Source of the DNA: Octopus bimaculoides | Taxonomy: Eukaryota | NCBI RefSeq assembly: GCF_001194135.2 | Contig: NC_068999.1 | Coordinates: 47,798,000 to 47,844,744, forward strand | Length of the DNA: 46,745 nt | Direction: 5' to 3' | Part shown: piece after piece, positions 10,112-22,258 of the stretch | Layout: every line of letters starts with the position of its first letter | How positions within the stretch are numbered: the first letter of the stretch is position 1 | Position numbers and translations under genes: made by a program | Notes under the pieces: model-generated | Told to the model about the DNA's origin: nothing | The model's input: the letters and a program-made list of their open reading frames with translations, nothing else | Databases searched by the model: none

Positions 10112-13044
10112 ATTTTGTTCATGAAATATGACTTTGTTCCGCATTTTCTGATGACAATGACTTTGTTCCGCATTTTCTGAATAACGATTTAGCATTAAAA
10201 TAGCGGAAATTTGGTAATAAGTGTATAGATATTGTGTGCGTTTATGTATAAGTATGTAAACACATATGCTCATATACATACGCATGAATATTTATGGATG
10301 CATGAATCTGTTTTATGGATGCGCTGGTATAATTCTTTTTTTTTTGTTTGTTTTGGTATAAAAGTTATAATCTATTTCGCAAATACATTATTTGCAAACA
10401 TTACAGAAATGATTTACATCGTGTCAAGAGTCGAAGAGAAAATAAATGATTTCTTTATAAATGTTTTCTGAGTTCCAGAAATGTTGTAACCAAAAATGAT
10501 ATTAAAGTTTATTTCGTTATTTGAATCTAGTTGAAAAAAAAAAGATGTCCGTAAATTTGGATGTAGTTGGCACCGTGTTGCTTGTTTTACATATTTTTTT
10601 TTTTACCGGTGTTTGTAATTTGATGCATGTCCACCAAAAATAGTTTCCTGTTAAGAACCAGAATGGAATTGTCTTTTCATTTATTAATATTCCATCTTCC
10701 CACTGATCGTAAAATACGTATATAAATTACAGAGAATTAGATTTTCAAACTGGCATTCAACAGTACTATGACTCTGAGACGTGCAATTGTCTTCAATACC
10801 TGTACACAAACTATTACTCTATAACAAATGCTACTGGCTACCTTTACTCCCCACCTCCAATGTTTTTTCTTTTTTAATTGTAAGTTCTGTTTGCGTCATA
10901 CGCCCTATTCTTTCATTCTGAATGTAACTTAGCAGAATTTAGACGATTAGATTAAATAATTTGTAATTTAAAGCTTCTTTCTTCTGTGTCCAATTCTCTC
11001 GAAGACATAACAGTATACAAGTAAAATATTAGATTCTACACAGGAATCGAACCGCTTTCCAGCAAACATTAGTCTTGCGCTTTGTGAAGACGTATATGAT
11101 CTTTCATTCCCAGTATTGTAGTAAGGCGGCGAGCTGGCAGAATCGGTACCGCGTCGGCCATTTATGCTTAGCGGCGTTTCTTCCGCCTTTACGTTCTGAT
11201 TTCAAATGTCGCTGAAGTCAACTTTGTCCTTCATCCTTTCGCGATCGATAAAATACGGGCCAGTTGGGCTCCTTCCCACAAAATTTCAGGTTTTGTGCTT
11301 ATAATCGAAAGAATTATAACAGATTTAATAGACTTGAGTTTCACAATATATAAAAAAAAGCTAAGCTGAAAGGGAAAATGTCCCAGGTTTTTTTCTTTGA
11401 TAAAATGAAATGTCACATTGTAAAGTTTGCAGCGAAGGAACAATTGACCAATTTTTTGGCAAGCACTTGGTACTCCCGGTGTAGGTGGGGAGTGCTTTTT
11501 TTTTCTTGTCACTGATAAATCGCTAACAGTGGACAACTTGATCAAATGCTGAATCTATTCACTTTCTTCATTAGTCATTCTTTCTAATTTTGTCACAAGG
11601 CCAGCAATTTTGAGAGGACGGGGCCAGTCGATTACATCGACCCCAGTACTTGATTGGTACTTATTTTATTGACCCCGAAGGGATGAAAGGCAAAACTAAC
11701 CTTACTGAGATTTGAACTCAGAACATAAAAAGCCGGAAGAAATGCAGCCAAGCATTTTGTCCGACGCGCTAACCGTTCCTCCAGCTCGTCGCCTTTCTCC
11801 CCAGTTATTGGAAAGAAATCATTACCACAGTAAACAATAGTGGATTAATGACTGTATTGACGAAAATAGATTCTTTGTAAATGTAGCAGAAAATTTATGG
11901 TAAAGAACTCAACTGGATTCCACGTTACGGATTTCGGGCCAAGTGTTGGCAAGTGGTCAGTGGTTTTTAATAATGTTGGAATCTGAATAAAAACTAAAAT
12001 GTTAATTTGACGTTTTAGAAGTTGAATCGCAGAGAAAGATGTTCACTCTAAAACTGTGGGAGATACGGGTGGATTGAGACCAGTCAAAGCTTTTGAAAAA
12101 ATCTATCATAACGACAGTTACTATCCATTTACCAAATGCTTCGGTCCCTGTTTCGAGTATTAGGTTCTGGATTGTATGTTACTTATTGGTTTCAAATTTT
12201 GGCACAAGGCTAGCAATTACGAGGGAGATGGGGTCGAGTTGATTTCATCGACCCCAGTGCCCAGCTGGTACTCAATATATTGACGCCAAAAGGATGAAAG
12301 GCAAAACTCGACTTCAGCGGAATTTGAACTCAGAACGTAAGAGAAGATGAAATGCCGCTAAGCATTTCGCCCAGCGTACTAACGGTCCTGCCAGCTCGCT
12401 GCCTTGTTGTAAGTAAATAATTACAATTATTAATTATTAATACTTTGAATAATGTATCCATATTTTATCATCACCATTAGAACTATAGTGGTAGTCTCAT
12501 AGTGACTGGCTAATCTTATTGTTGCACCACATTGTTCCATCCAGGAAAGAAATAGTCCATTTTGTAGAATTGGAATTGTTCTGTAAATTTATATCTCAAC
12601 TAAGTACTCAATACCTCTTCATGAATGTACACTAAACATATTTGTTATTCTTGGTCCATCTTAGCCATTGTCTTAGATTTGTGAGAATATTATTTCTGTA
12701 TTAACGCTCAGTTCAGTAATAAGAGATTTTCTGCTTAGTTTGAACGGTATATTCATCAATAATAACTCTCTTATATATAATACATTCAACCATAAGGTTT
12801 GACTTTTCTGGAATATATTCAATAAAAAGTAGGCCATATACAAACATCAAAATCTTAACTGTTCTTTGTAAAAGAACGAATAAAGATCTTAAAGACATTC
12901 CATTAGTACCTGGTTCGATTCTTCTCTGGAGACTCCATCAGTATACACATTATTGCCTGTAAAACATAATGAACAATCGCTTCTTCGAGAGAAGTTAGAT
13001 GTTTTTGTGTTATAACTGTTAGGAATTTGGCGCATTTGAGTTTT

Positions 13045-13970
13045 TCACACGAAAAACACTTTGTTAGCGGCTGACAAATATTCAGATGAATTTCGTTTCA
13101 TAGATGTCTGGGGTGAACATTCTAGTCTCGGTTTTAAGCTCATTATAAGGGGATTTCCGTCATGATCTGATGTGCACCATTTATGAACAGACATTGGTTT
13201 ACAGACATTTGGAAAATGTGGCATCAGAATACCAATATCAGATATCTGAAATTCAAGTTCAACGAAATATAATGGTTCGGGAATAATATGTGGAGGCAGT
13301 TGTTTGAGAACAAACTGTATGTCATAGTGTACTTGGTTGTCCACTGTAAACATACAGAAGTCATCTTGTTCGTATTCAGGAGCTGAATTCATAAGAACTT
13401 TGTAAAAGTTCACCATCGCAAGCCAATTGTCGTAGCTGACAAATAACATAAATCGCAAATGCTCTTTTCCATAATGTACACGACGAATTCCCCAGAGAGG
13501 ATAACCTTTTGAAGTACCATAGAATTCCTGCATATTATCGGAACAAAATTCTATTGCTTTTCTTTTGTCTATTCGTGATTGATGATAAAATTTCCACGGT
13601 TTCTGTTGAAAATAAAACTGAGCTTCCAAAAATCTTTGCTGAGTAAGCAATCCGTCCTCGAGTAAAAAAATCAAAATAGAAAAACTAGGCACAAAAACAT
13701 GGCGGAGACAATCTTGCTTTTTCAGTGAATTATTCTCGGAACAACGAGGACTTCTATTTTCTGATATTTTTATAATATGTAGATCAGAATCAAGAAGATT
13801 TATTAGCGGCCGATACAGTGTATTAAGCATATTGATTTGGCTGCTGTCGGCGAATATTTTAACTTCAAAAGGTAGAAATGATTCATAAATTTCGGTAGTG
13901 ATTATACTCGCGACTTCGGAACTGGAATCTGAACGACTCGAGCTTTCCTTCGAAGAATTCGAGCTAGCAC
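13045..13970 (-). CDS. FAM124: FAM124-family protein, main coding exon
   Basis: PLWGIRRVHYGKEHLRF, DDFCMF, DIQFVLKQLP, EFQISDIGILMPHFPNVCKPMS..W.TSDHDGN match the FAM124A/B core (LWAIRPVHYGKEIVRF; EFRVRDIGELVPLLPNPCSPISEGRWQTEDHDGN) as recalled. Acceptor TTTTCTTTCCGTTTTTAG ends at 13971, so the exon starts in phase 1. Confidence 0.9.
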
Positions 13971-14403
13971 CTAAAAACGGAAAGAAAAAAAAATTGTGTA
14001 ACTGTTGGCCATAAACCCAAAGTAAATAAAAACAAAATAAATGCAATTTAAATGTACACAACTATGAATAAAAATACAAAATACTTTTACATAAGAATCT
14101 GAGCGATTTATATAATTGTGTGCCTAAAACTAATTTCAAATATTTGTTGTGCCATTCCATAGATATAAATTCGCAAGCATAATGTGTTTGCGCACGCGCG
14201 CGTTTTGTATATTAATACCCGACACCTCCTCTACATCTTACCATTACATCTTGACAAAAATACGCACGTTATACATCACACGACAGCGTTATCACACCTC
14301 ATCCTCCCTACTCATGAATGAAACAGTCTAAAGTTATCAAGCACTATAGAAATTCTAAGCCTGCTAAGCATTCTGCTAATATTATTTACATCTGCAGTGA
14401 CGT

Positions 14404-14411
14404 TGACGTCA
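14404..14411. promoter_or_regulatory. Perfect CRE/ATF palindrome TGACGTCA in a CpG-enriched patch upstream of the FAM124 main exon
   Basis: Direct sequence match, with GCGCACGCGCGCG near 14190. Function untested. Confidence 0.3.
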
Positions 14412-14468
14412 CGAAGATACTATTTTCTATGTCTTGTAATTTTATATTCTTCATATCAATGGTACGGC

Positions 14469-14830
14469 CAGGGCCGGATTAAGACCCACAGAGGCCCTGA
14501 GCACTTAAAAGATTTTGGCGCCTCCATATATATATGTAAATCAAAATATAAACAATAATAAATAATAAAATGAGTTTTTAGTTTTCAAAATGAAACAAAG
14601 CTAACACAGTAAGATGGAAAATGATGTTTATTTTTTTTATACTTCCGCTTAATTTATATTTGAAAAGTTTTCTCCTACTTTTTTTATTGCAAAGTCTTTT
14701 ATCAGATCCTCACTATGACAAAATGAACACTTCGAAATTACATTTCCGATCATATAAAGAAACTTCGAATATTATTTTAGCAAGTCTAAAGTGATATCTT
14801 GTTTGTCGTAAACCATTTACCATTTCTTCG
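14469..14830 (-). mobile_element. hAT-like DNA transposon remnant
   Basis: Terminus CAGGGCCGGATTAAG. Minus-strand EDLIKDFAIKK resembles the end of the hAT dimerisation domain (I..FA.KK.R). Confidence 0.55.
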
Positions 14831-14916
14831 GTGCCCCGCCTAAGATCCACTTTAACAGGGTTTGGGTAATTGCATATCAACTAAAAAAAAAGAAATAATA
14901 TACATACTCTGTCACT

Positions 14917-15287
14917 GTTGTTGTTGGCACTCCGTCGCTTACGACGTCGAGGGTTCCAGTTAATCCGATCAACGGAACAGTCTGCTCGTGAAATTAACGT
15001 GCAAGTGGCTGAACACTCCACAGACACGTGTACCCTTAACGTAGTTCTCGGGGATATTCAGCGTGACACAGTGTGACAAGGCTGACCCTTTGAATTACAG
15101 GCACAACAGATACAGGAAGTAAGAGTGAGAGAAAGTTGTGGTGAAAGAGTACAGCAGGGTTCCCCACCATCCTCTGCCGGAGCCTCGTGGAGCTTTAGGT
15201 GTTTTCGCTCAATAAACACTCACAACGCCCGGTCTGGGAATCGAAACCGCGAGTCCGCTGCCCTAACCACTGGGCCATTGCGCCTCC
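14917..15287 (-). mobile_element. tRNA-derived SINE family C, near full-length young copy
   Basis: Minus-strand head GGAGGCGCAATGGCCCAGTGGTTAGGGCAGCGGACTCGCGGTTTCGATTCCCAGACC (A and B boxes) and (CAA)n tail. Nearly identical to 27063-27413. Confidence 0.85.
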
Positions 15288-17417
15288 ACACTCTATCACT
15301 ACTTTCGGAGAAAATACAGCTCCNNNNNNNNNNNNNNNNNNNNNNNNNNNNNNNNNNNNNNNNNNNNNNNNNNNNNNNNNNNNNNNNNNNNNNNNNNNNN
15401 NNNNNNNNNNNNNNNNNNNNNNNNNNNNNNNNNNNNNNNNNNNNNNNNNNNNNNNNNNNNNNNNNNNNNNNNNNNNNNNNNNNNNNNNNNNNNNNNNNNN
15501 NNNNNNNNNNNNNNNNNNNNNNNNNNNNNNNNNNNNNNNNNNNNNNNNNNNNNNNNNNNNNNNNNNNNNNNNNNNNNNNNNNNNNNNNNNNNNNNNNNNN
15601 NNNNNNNNNNNNNNNNNNNNNNNNNNNNNNNNNNNNNNNNNNNNNNNNNNNNNNNNNNNNNNNNNNNNNNNNNNNNNNNNNNNNNNNNNNNNNNNNNNNN
15701 NNNNNNNNNNNNNNNNNNNNNNNNNNNNNNNNNNNNNNNNNNNNNNNNNNNNNNNNNNNNNNNNNNNNNNNNNNNNNNNNNNNNNNNNNNNNNNNNNNNN
15801 NNNNNNNNNNNNNNNNNNNNNNNNNNNNNNNNNNNNNNNNNNNNNNNNNNNNNNNNNNNNNNNNNNNNNNNNNNNNNNNNNNNNNNNNNNNNNNNNNNNN
15901 NNNAAAATTGAAAAGAATAAAATAATGTAAATAAATAAAATTTGTTCGTCTTTACGTTCTGAGTTCAATTTCCACCGAGGTCGACTTTGCCTTTCATCCT
16001 TTCGGGGTTGGTAAACTAAGTACCAGTTGAATACTGGGGGTCGATGTCATCGACTATCCCCTCCCCCAAATTATTACAGGCCCTGTGCCTATAGTAGAAA
16101 GGATTATGAGGAATTGTATAAAAATATTGTTTAAAATATTTTGTGTATTGTAGAAGTGCAACCAGTTTATTGGACATAAACTTAAAAACAAAATCTAACG
16201 TGACCCCCCCCCCCAAGGGTCATATGGACCCCGGTTCAGAACCACCGATACCCAGTAAAAGACTCGTTCTTGCTGAGTTTCATACACAATCCCATTTCAA
16301 TCACAACTTATATACATTCTATTTATTTTACGTCGCAATTAAAATCGCGAAAATGTTCTCCTAATCATTCCACGCGGTTGTGTCGTCTTTTTGCCTCTGG
16401 CATTTATCTGTTCCACTCAATTTCTCTTTGTTGTAAGAGCTATGTGATGTGGTAGAAAAGAACCATTCTCGTCACCTCATATCACAGTCCTTACAACCTC
16501 GTACAATAATTTCATTCCGACTATTTCTAGTCACGAATAACACATTTCTTTACACGGAATCACTATAAAAACACTCACCATCACTGCTCGAACCAACTGA
16601 ACTGTATCTTTGTGATCTGAAAATATAAACAACATTTTTTTCTTTTTTTTTTTCACATAAGCAACAAATTCAGAATATAAACACCAAAGTTTATATAAAT
16701 TATATAAAACAAATCTCTGATGCATCCTTCTTTGAACACCAATTTATGTAACATCTTAATCTTTAATCTTTTATTTGTTTCAGTTAGTGAACTGCGGTCA
16801 TACTGGGGCACTGTCTTAAAGAGTTTCAATCAAACAGATCGCCCCCGGTACATATTTTCAACCCCATGACAATGGTTTTTTTGTCAAGCAACTGTGTTGC
16901 ATTGACGGTAATCATCTCGGCTGAGATCAGCAATTAGCGCACGACAATGGTTCGGCGTTTATTTACATCAACCGCTTTAACCAGTTTACGGCAGTGGTTT
17001 ATTCGGTTGCTTGCGCGCGTCGGTTGAGGTTAGCACTCAGTGCGATATTCACGTTCGGCGTATATTTACGTCAACCGCTTTAATGCAAGTACCTTTTCAT
17101 TTACCTACACTATATCCCTGCGCAGGACACTCATGCGGTATCATTCCTGAATAAGATCACTTGACAGCACAAGAAGTCAGATCAACTTTATATATTTACA
17201 ATCACGTGAATTCGAAAATTGACTTTAGTGTGGTAGAGTTCTGTTATAAACCCAAACTCGAATATCAAAGTTAAAAAGGTTTTAATCTACGTCCAATGCC
17301 NNNNNNNNNNNNNNNNNNNNNNNNNNNNNNNNNNNNNNNNNNNNNNNNNNNNNNNNNNNNNNNNNNNNNNNNNNNNNNNNNNNNNNNNNNNNNNNNNNNN
17401 NNNNNNNNNNNNNNNNN

Positions 17418-17461
<44 letters not shown>

Positions 17462-17559
17462 CAGAACCAGCCAAAACTAGTAACCATTTATTAAGTATTA
17501 TCCTAGCCAAATAAAATTATACATGAAGCAATCAAACAATATCAATATATACAACTCAC

Positions 17560-17606
17560 CATAAATCATGAACCCAAAACCATACTCAGCCATACAATTA
17601 TGAAGG
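17560..17606 (-). CDS. FAM124: Candidate upstream FAM124 exon (..MAEYGFGFMIY-G)
   Basis: ATG at 17593 in good context. Donor G|GTGAGT at 17560/17559 is phase 1, matching the phase-1 acceptor at 13970. Possible acceptor TCAG ending at 17607. Confidence 0.45.
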
Positions 17607-18687
17607 CTGACTCAAAATAACACCCAAGATATAAAAGATTCACAAACAAGTATATTAAACATATTCCCATCTTCAGCTTCCTAACAGATATCACTATGGT
17701 TTCGACACCTGGACAGTAATATTCAATCGGGCGAACTTTCAGTTTCCGTCTACCAAATCTACTCAAAAGATTTTGGTCGGGCCTGGGCTATAGTAGAAGA
17801 CACTTGTCCAAGGTGCCACACAGTGGGACTGAATCGAAAGATACATGGTTGGGAAGCGAACTTCTTAACCACAATTCCATGCCATTTCAAATATACTAAC
17901 ACTGAACAATAGGAATACAAAATACTGAATGAAAAAAATAAATATTTTTTTACTGCCACTAAACAGAATAAAAAGGGTCTTTGATGAGAAAATTTATTTT
18001 TAGGATATGCTTACTTGATAAAGGAAGATTGGAAAAAAAGGCTGATTGAATAGTTTTGTTTGAAAATAAGGATAAGAATACAGAAACGCAGTACAAGTAA
18101 AGGAAGTAATTTCTGTAGGAACATAAAAGAAATCCATGGCGTTGCTCATTTACTCCACTGATATCATCATCATCATCATCATCGTCAGTAGTAGTAGCAG
18201 CAGCAACATCATCGTATTCATCATGGTCGTAATCATTGTCACTTAAAACAATAACATGTTTACTGGATGTCTCTGGGACAAATACTGATAGAGTGAATAA
18301 CACAAACATAATTCAGAGTATAAAAGAGTATAATAAGAGTATAATTCAGAGTATAATGGTGGTCTCTCGAGTCCGAGAAGCGATTTTGCAATTTTTCTTT
18401 CTTTTTTTTTTTGCTGAATAATCTTCACAGATGAATTGTCGATGAGGATCAAACGCCTGTGCTGCACAATAAGCTCTATCAAATCGATATTACCTGTACA
18501 GGTGCATCGTGCGCCAGACGTCAGATGTCGAAGTGATCCACAGATCAACGTGAGATGAAGTGCTTTGCTCAAGAACACAACATGTCGCCTGATCCGGGAA
18601 TGGAATGCACGATCTTGCGATCGTAAGTGCAACATTCTAACCACCAGACCATGAGGCGAAACATGTATAATGAAGTTAATTCTAGAG

Positions 18688-18974
18688 CAGTGTTTCCCAA
18701 AGTGGGCGGGCGGTATTGCCCCCGTAGGGACGGAGGAAATTTCCAAAGGGGCGCTGAAGAAAAGTGGGGCGATAATGGGGTAGCGATTCATGTAAAAAGT
18801 GGGGCGATAACTAGGGAGCTATTCATGTAAAAACAACAAAATAAAGGGTTCATTATGTTAAGCTTTATTTGTTAAATACAGTTGCTTTGAATTTGTTTCA
18901 GAAAGGTCTATGCTTGCGATGGTTAGTTGGGGTGGAGTTGCCAGGAATGTGGCCCGAAAAAGTCAGAACTAATG
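18688..18974 (+). mobile_element. Charlie-type hAT MITE
   Basis: Left TIR CAGTGTTTCCCAAAGTGG and a degenerate right TIR ending AGAACTAATG. 8-bp TSD TTCTAGAG (18680-18687) / TTCTAAAG (18975-18982) fits the NTCTAGAN target consensus. Confidence 0.75.
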
Positions 18975-20163
18975 TTCTAAAGTTATTTATTTGAAAGCGT
19001 TGGATGCGAGATTGTGGATTGAGATGATGTGAAAACATCCCATTATTCTCTTAAATAACCAGAAGTAGTTTATTGAAAATGGCAGTAGTATTTTTGTTAC
19101 TGCCACTTGCGCTATTTTCGAAAGGCATTGCTTCCTTCAACATTCTAAATATGAGATATCTGCCTCCTGATATTCCGTGATTCACAATTCGAGCAACGTT
19201 TAAAAAATACCTCTGTTAATCCTTCAGGCACATCAGTAATCTTATAGTTAAAGAGGCCGATGGTGACATTTTCTTTCAGCTTTGCACCACATCCCGTCGT
19301 CTATGAACGCTTAACTAGTATCGTTGGACAACAGCCAACAGATGTATTCGAGGAGTGGAAGGTAAAGAATGCAAAGAATCAAAAACAAAGAATAAATGGG
19401 AAGGTCAGAATGGCTTTTGAATGAAAAGCTGTTCTAAAGGTTCTGGAGTTCTTTGGTGGTTACTCATGCGCATCATTCGTGGCAACGTGGGTACACACAC
19501 ACACGTATATACGTTTATATACATTAACACACATACACAAATGCATATATATATATACATATAAATATAGATATATATAGACACACGTATATGTGTATAT
19601 ACATGTATGTATGTATGTATACATACATACATACATATATATATATATATTGAGGGATCACTGTATATAATAAATCTTTTCTACGCTAGGCACAAGGCAG
19701 TCGATTAGATCGACCTCAGTACGCAACTGGTACTTAATTTATCGACCCCGAAAGGATGAAAGGAAAAGTCGACCTCGGCGGGATTTGAACTCAGAACATA
19801 ACGGCAGACGAAATACCGCTAAGCATTTCGCCCGGCGTGCGAACGTTTCTGCCAGCTCGCTGCCTTAATGTATATAACAAATAATCTAAAAATGAAATTA
19901 AAAACAATCTCAAAAAAATCTTTTCTTAGTTTAATCGAATTAAATCCTTAAGGCACCGCTCCTGATAGTTTACTTGAATCTATTCCATGGAATTTCTATT
20001 TGTGTGTCAACATCCTACCACCGCTTTCCTCGGAACATACTGTAGTTTCCCGCTCAAGTTCACCACTAAAGCTATATTGATTGGCACCATGCCAAGCCGA
20101 TTATTGGGCCAAACCCGTAACGAAAGATCTGGGACCGTACCCTTTAATTCCTTTCACACTTAC

Positions 20164-20180
20164 TGTTGTAATTCACTCAT
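20164..20180 (-). CDS. FAM124: Candidate first FAM124 exon (MSELQ-H)
   Basis: ATGAGTGAATTACAACA|GTAAGT is a consensus donor in phase 2 and joins in frame to the acceptor at 17606, giving MSELQHLHNCMAEYGFGFMIYGASSNSS. CpG-richer sequence lies upstream. Confidence 0.3.
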
Positions 20181-20390
20181 TTTTTTTTTAAACTTTCGAT
20201 CTCTTTCACTTCACAAACCCTGCTTCCATCACCTTCTCCGTCGGTGAATTTGGTAGCGACAATCTGTTCACCTCGTTTTGACGCCGTAATCCTCCGCTAT
20301 ATCCACTCGTTTATTATTAATTAAAAGCTCAATTCATAAATTAGCAACTAAACATACCATTTCGTTGACCTCGCCATGATTATACAAACT

Positions 20391-20546
20391 GGCAGTGTTT
20401 CGGTATTAGGATATGACGTCAGCCATGAGTGAGTGTGTGTGTGAGTGCGCGCAACTGGGTGTTTAACCGTTCAGCTCTGTTGAGGATATGAAGGACAATG
20501 TGACGCACTCACTCATGACGTCATAGATTTTTACCGAAATATTGCC
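20391..20546. mobile_element. Foldback/MITE-like element carrying two CRE palindromes
   Basis: Imperfect ~45-bp inverted arms GGCAGTGTTTCGGTA..TATGACGTCA..ATGAGTGAGTG / CACTCACTCATGACGTCATA..TACCGAAATATTGCC. Flanks TACAAACT / GACAAACT (7 of 8 identical). TGACGTCA at 20414 and 20516. Confidence 0.6.
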
Positions 20547-22045
20547 GACAAACTAATAATTTTTGGCACCTACCTGTAATCCCACAATGGATAATTACAC
20601 GTGTTCTGTTTCGGCCCAAGACCATATGTCCGTAAGATGTAAGGATTCATTTTAAACGTGTTATCTTCTCTGTTTACGACACACTACATTTTACTTTCTC
20701 GTTATCTGACCAATATCGTAATCTGCAAGACATTGTCCACGATAGTTTCTATTATGTTATTTTAAAAAATAATTGGTTTTCCTGGTGACATTCTTTTCAA
20801 TATTGTTCACCTTCTGCATTCGATGTTTATATTCGATGCCTAATTTCTTAGCAACGAAAGCACATCAACAATAACACCGTTGCTAGGGACAGAACAAACA
20901 TCACCTCCACCCCCACTCAATTAACATACACAAATTTACGACTATATATGTCAAGCTTTATGTGTTTCCTAGTCGTAAAATATCAGGCATTCAAGCACAA
21001 GTGTTCCCTCGCTCCACCACCAATAACAACACCACTACCACCACCAGCCCTGCCACCGCCGCCGACTGTGTTTCGTCATAACTTTCAGAAATATAGATAT
21101 TTTTTAATGAAATTTTCTACAAATACCTTTCAGATGGTATAGATAACAATTATATCGGAATTTACCACAAAAAAGAAAATTGGTGGGCACACAAATATAC
21201 GTACTGGTACACATCACATATATATATCTACAAAATGAAACTTGAAATTTTGAAAAATTAGGTGATATATGTCACTATGTATGCTTGTGTGTCTTCCAAA
21301 TTTTCCTTTTCTTTTTTTTCCCCACATTAAATTTTAATATAATTACGATCTATCTACAACATCTGAAAGTTATTTGTAGAAATACCATTTTTTCTGGAAG
21401 TTATAAGGAAACAAAATCGGAGGTGAGGCGGCACATTCGTGTAGGTGTATCAAATATTTTTGAAGCATTCAAAAAATAAAATAACGAATGTACATTTTTC
21501 GGAAATGTTTGTGGACATTTACACGTCATATCAATGTCTGGAAAAACACACGTCAGGGAATTGGGGGTTTAGGAACACATCGATTTCAGTACTAGACTGG
21601 TTCTTTATTTTATCGATTCCTGCAGGACGAACGTCAAGGTCGACCTCATCAAGATTTGAACAGATGAACACACACACAGAGTAAAATAAGGATTCAGATA
21701 GAATCAGGTAGTTGAAAAGATATGCACCAGACAGGGTTCGATAAACCTGTGGTTCCGGTCTATGATTGGTAAGTATCAAATAGGATATTCCAGTGGTGTC
21801 CACAGAGAAAACTTGTCCTGCTGATACGTCACGCCTTCAGAGAAGTTGCAGAGTGGGAGAAGGGAGATAACTTCCACAATGATATATATGTACAGACCTT
21901 TCAATAGAAGACAAAAACTGTCTCTCTATATCTATCCATGCACACACACACATATATATATATATATATAAATTCAATAATAGGATGAAATCTTTTACAA
22001 GAATTTATCAAGTAGCTAGCATGAAAAAAACCATCATTTATTCCC

Positions 22046-22051
22046 AATATA

Positions 22052-22094
<43 letters not shown>

Positions 22095-22258
22095 GCATAT
22101 ACATATATATATACAGATATATATACATAATATACATATACATATATATACATAATATATTTATATATATACATAGTATATATATATATATATATATACA
22201 TACATAATATATATACATACATATATTTACATATATATATATATATACACACACACAC
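22046..22258. repeat. Compound (TA)n/(TACA)n/(CA)n microsatellite; many similar tracts across the window
   Basis: Seen directly. Other tracts at e.g. 219-310, 2604-2652, 4013-4175, 17418-17460, 19490-19650. Confidence 0.95.

Noticed and set aside
13971-14061. Hydrophobic signal-peptide-like N-terminus of the 338-aa FAM124 ORF
   Set aside because: It is the polypyrimidine tract and acceptor of an intron (TTTTTAG at 13971).
15200-15287. tRNA-like sequences with A and B boxes (also in SINE families A and B)
   Set aside because: They continue into shared SINE bodies, are multi-copy and show no complete cloverleaf, so they are not called tRNA genes.
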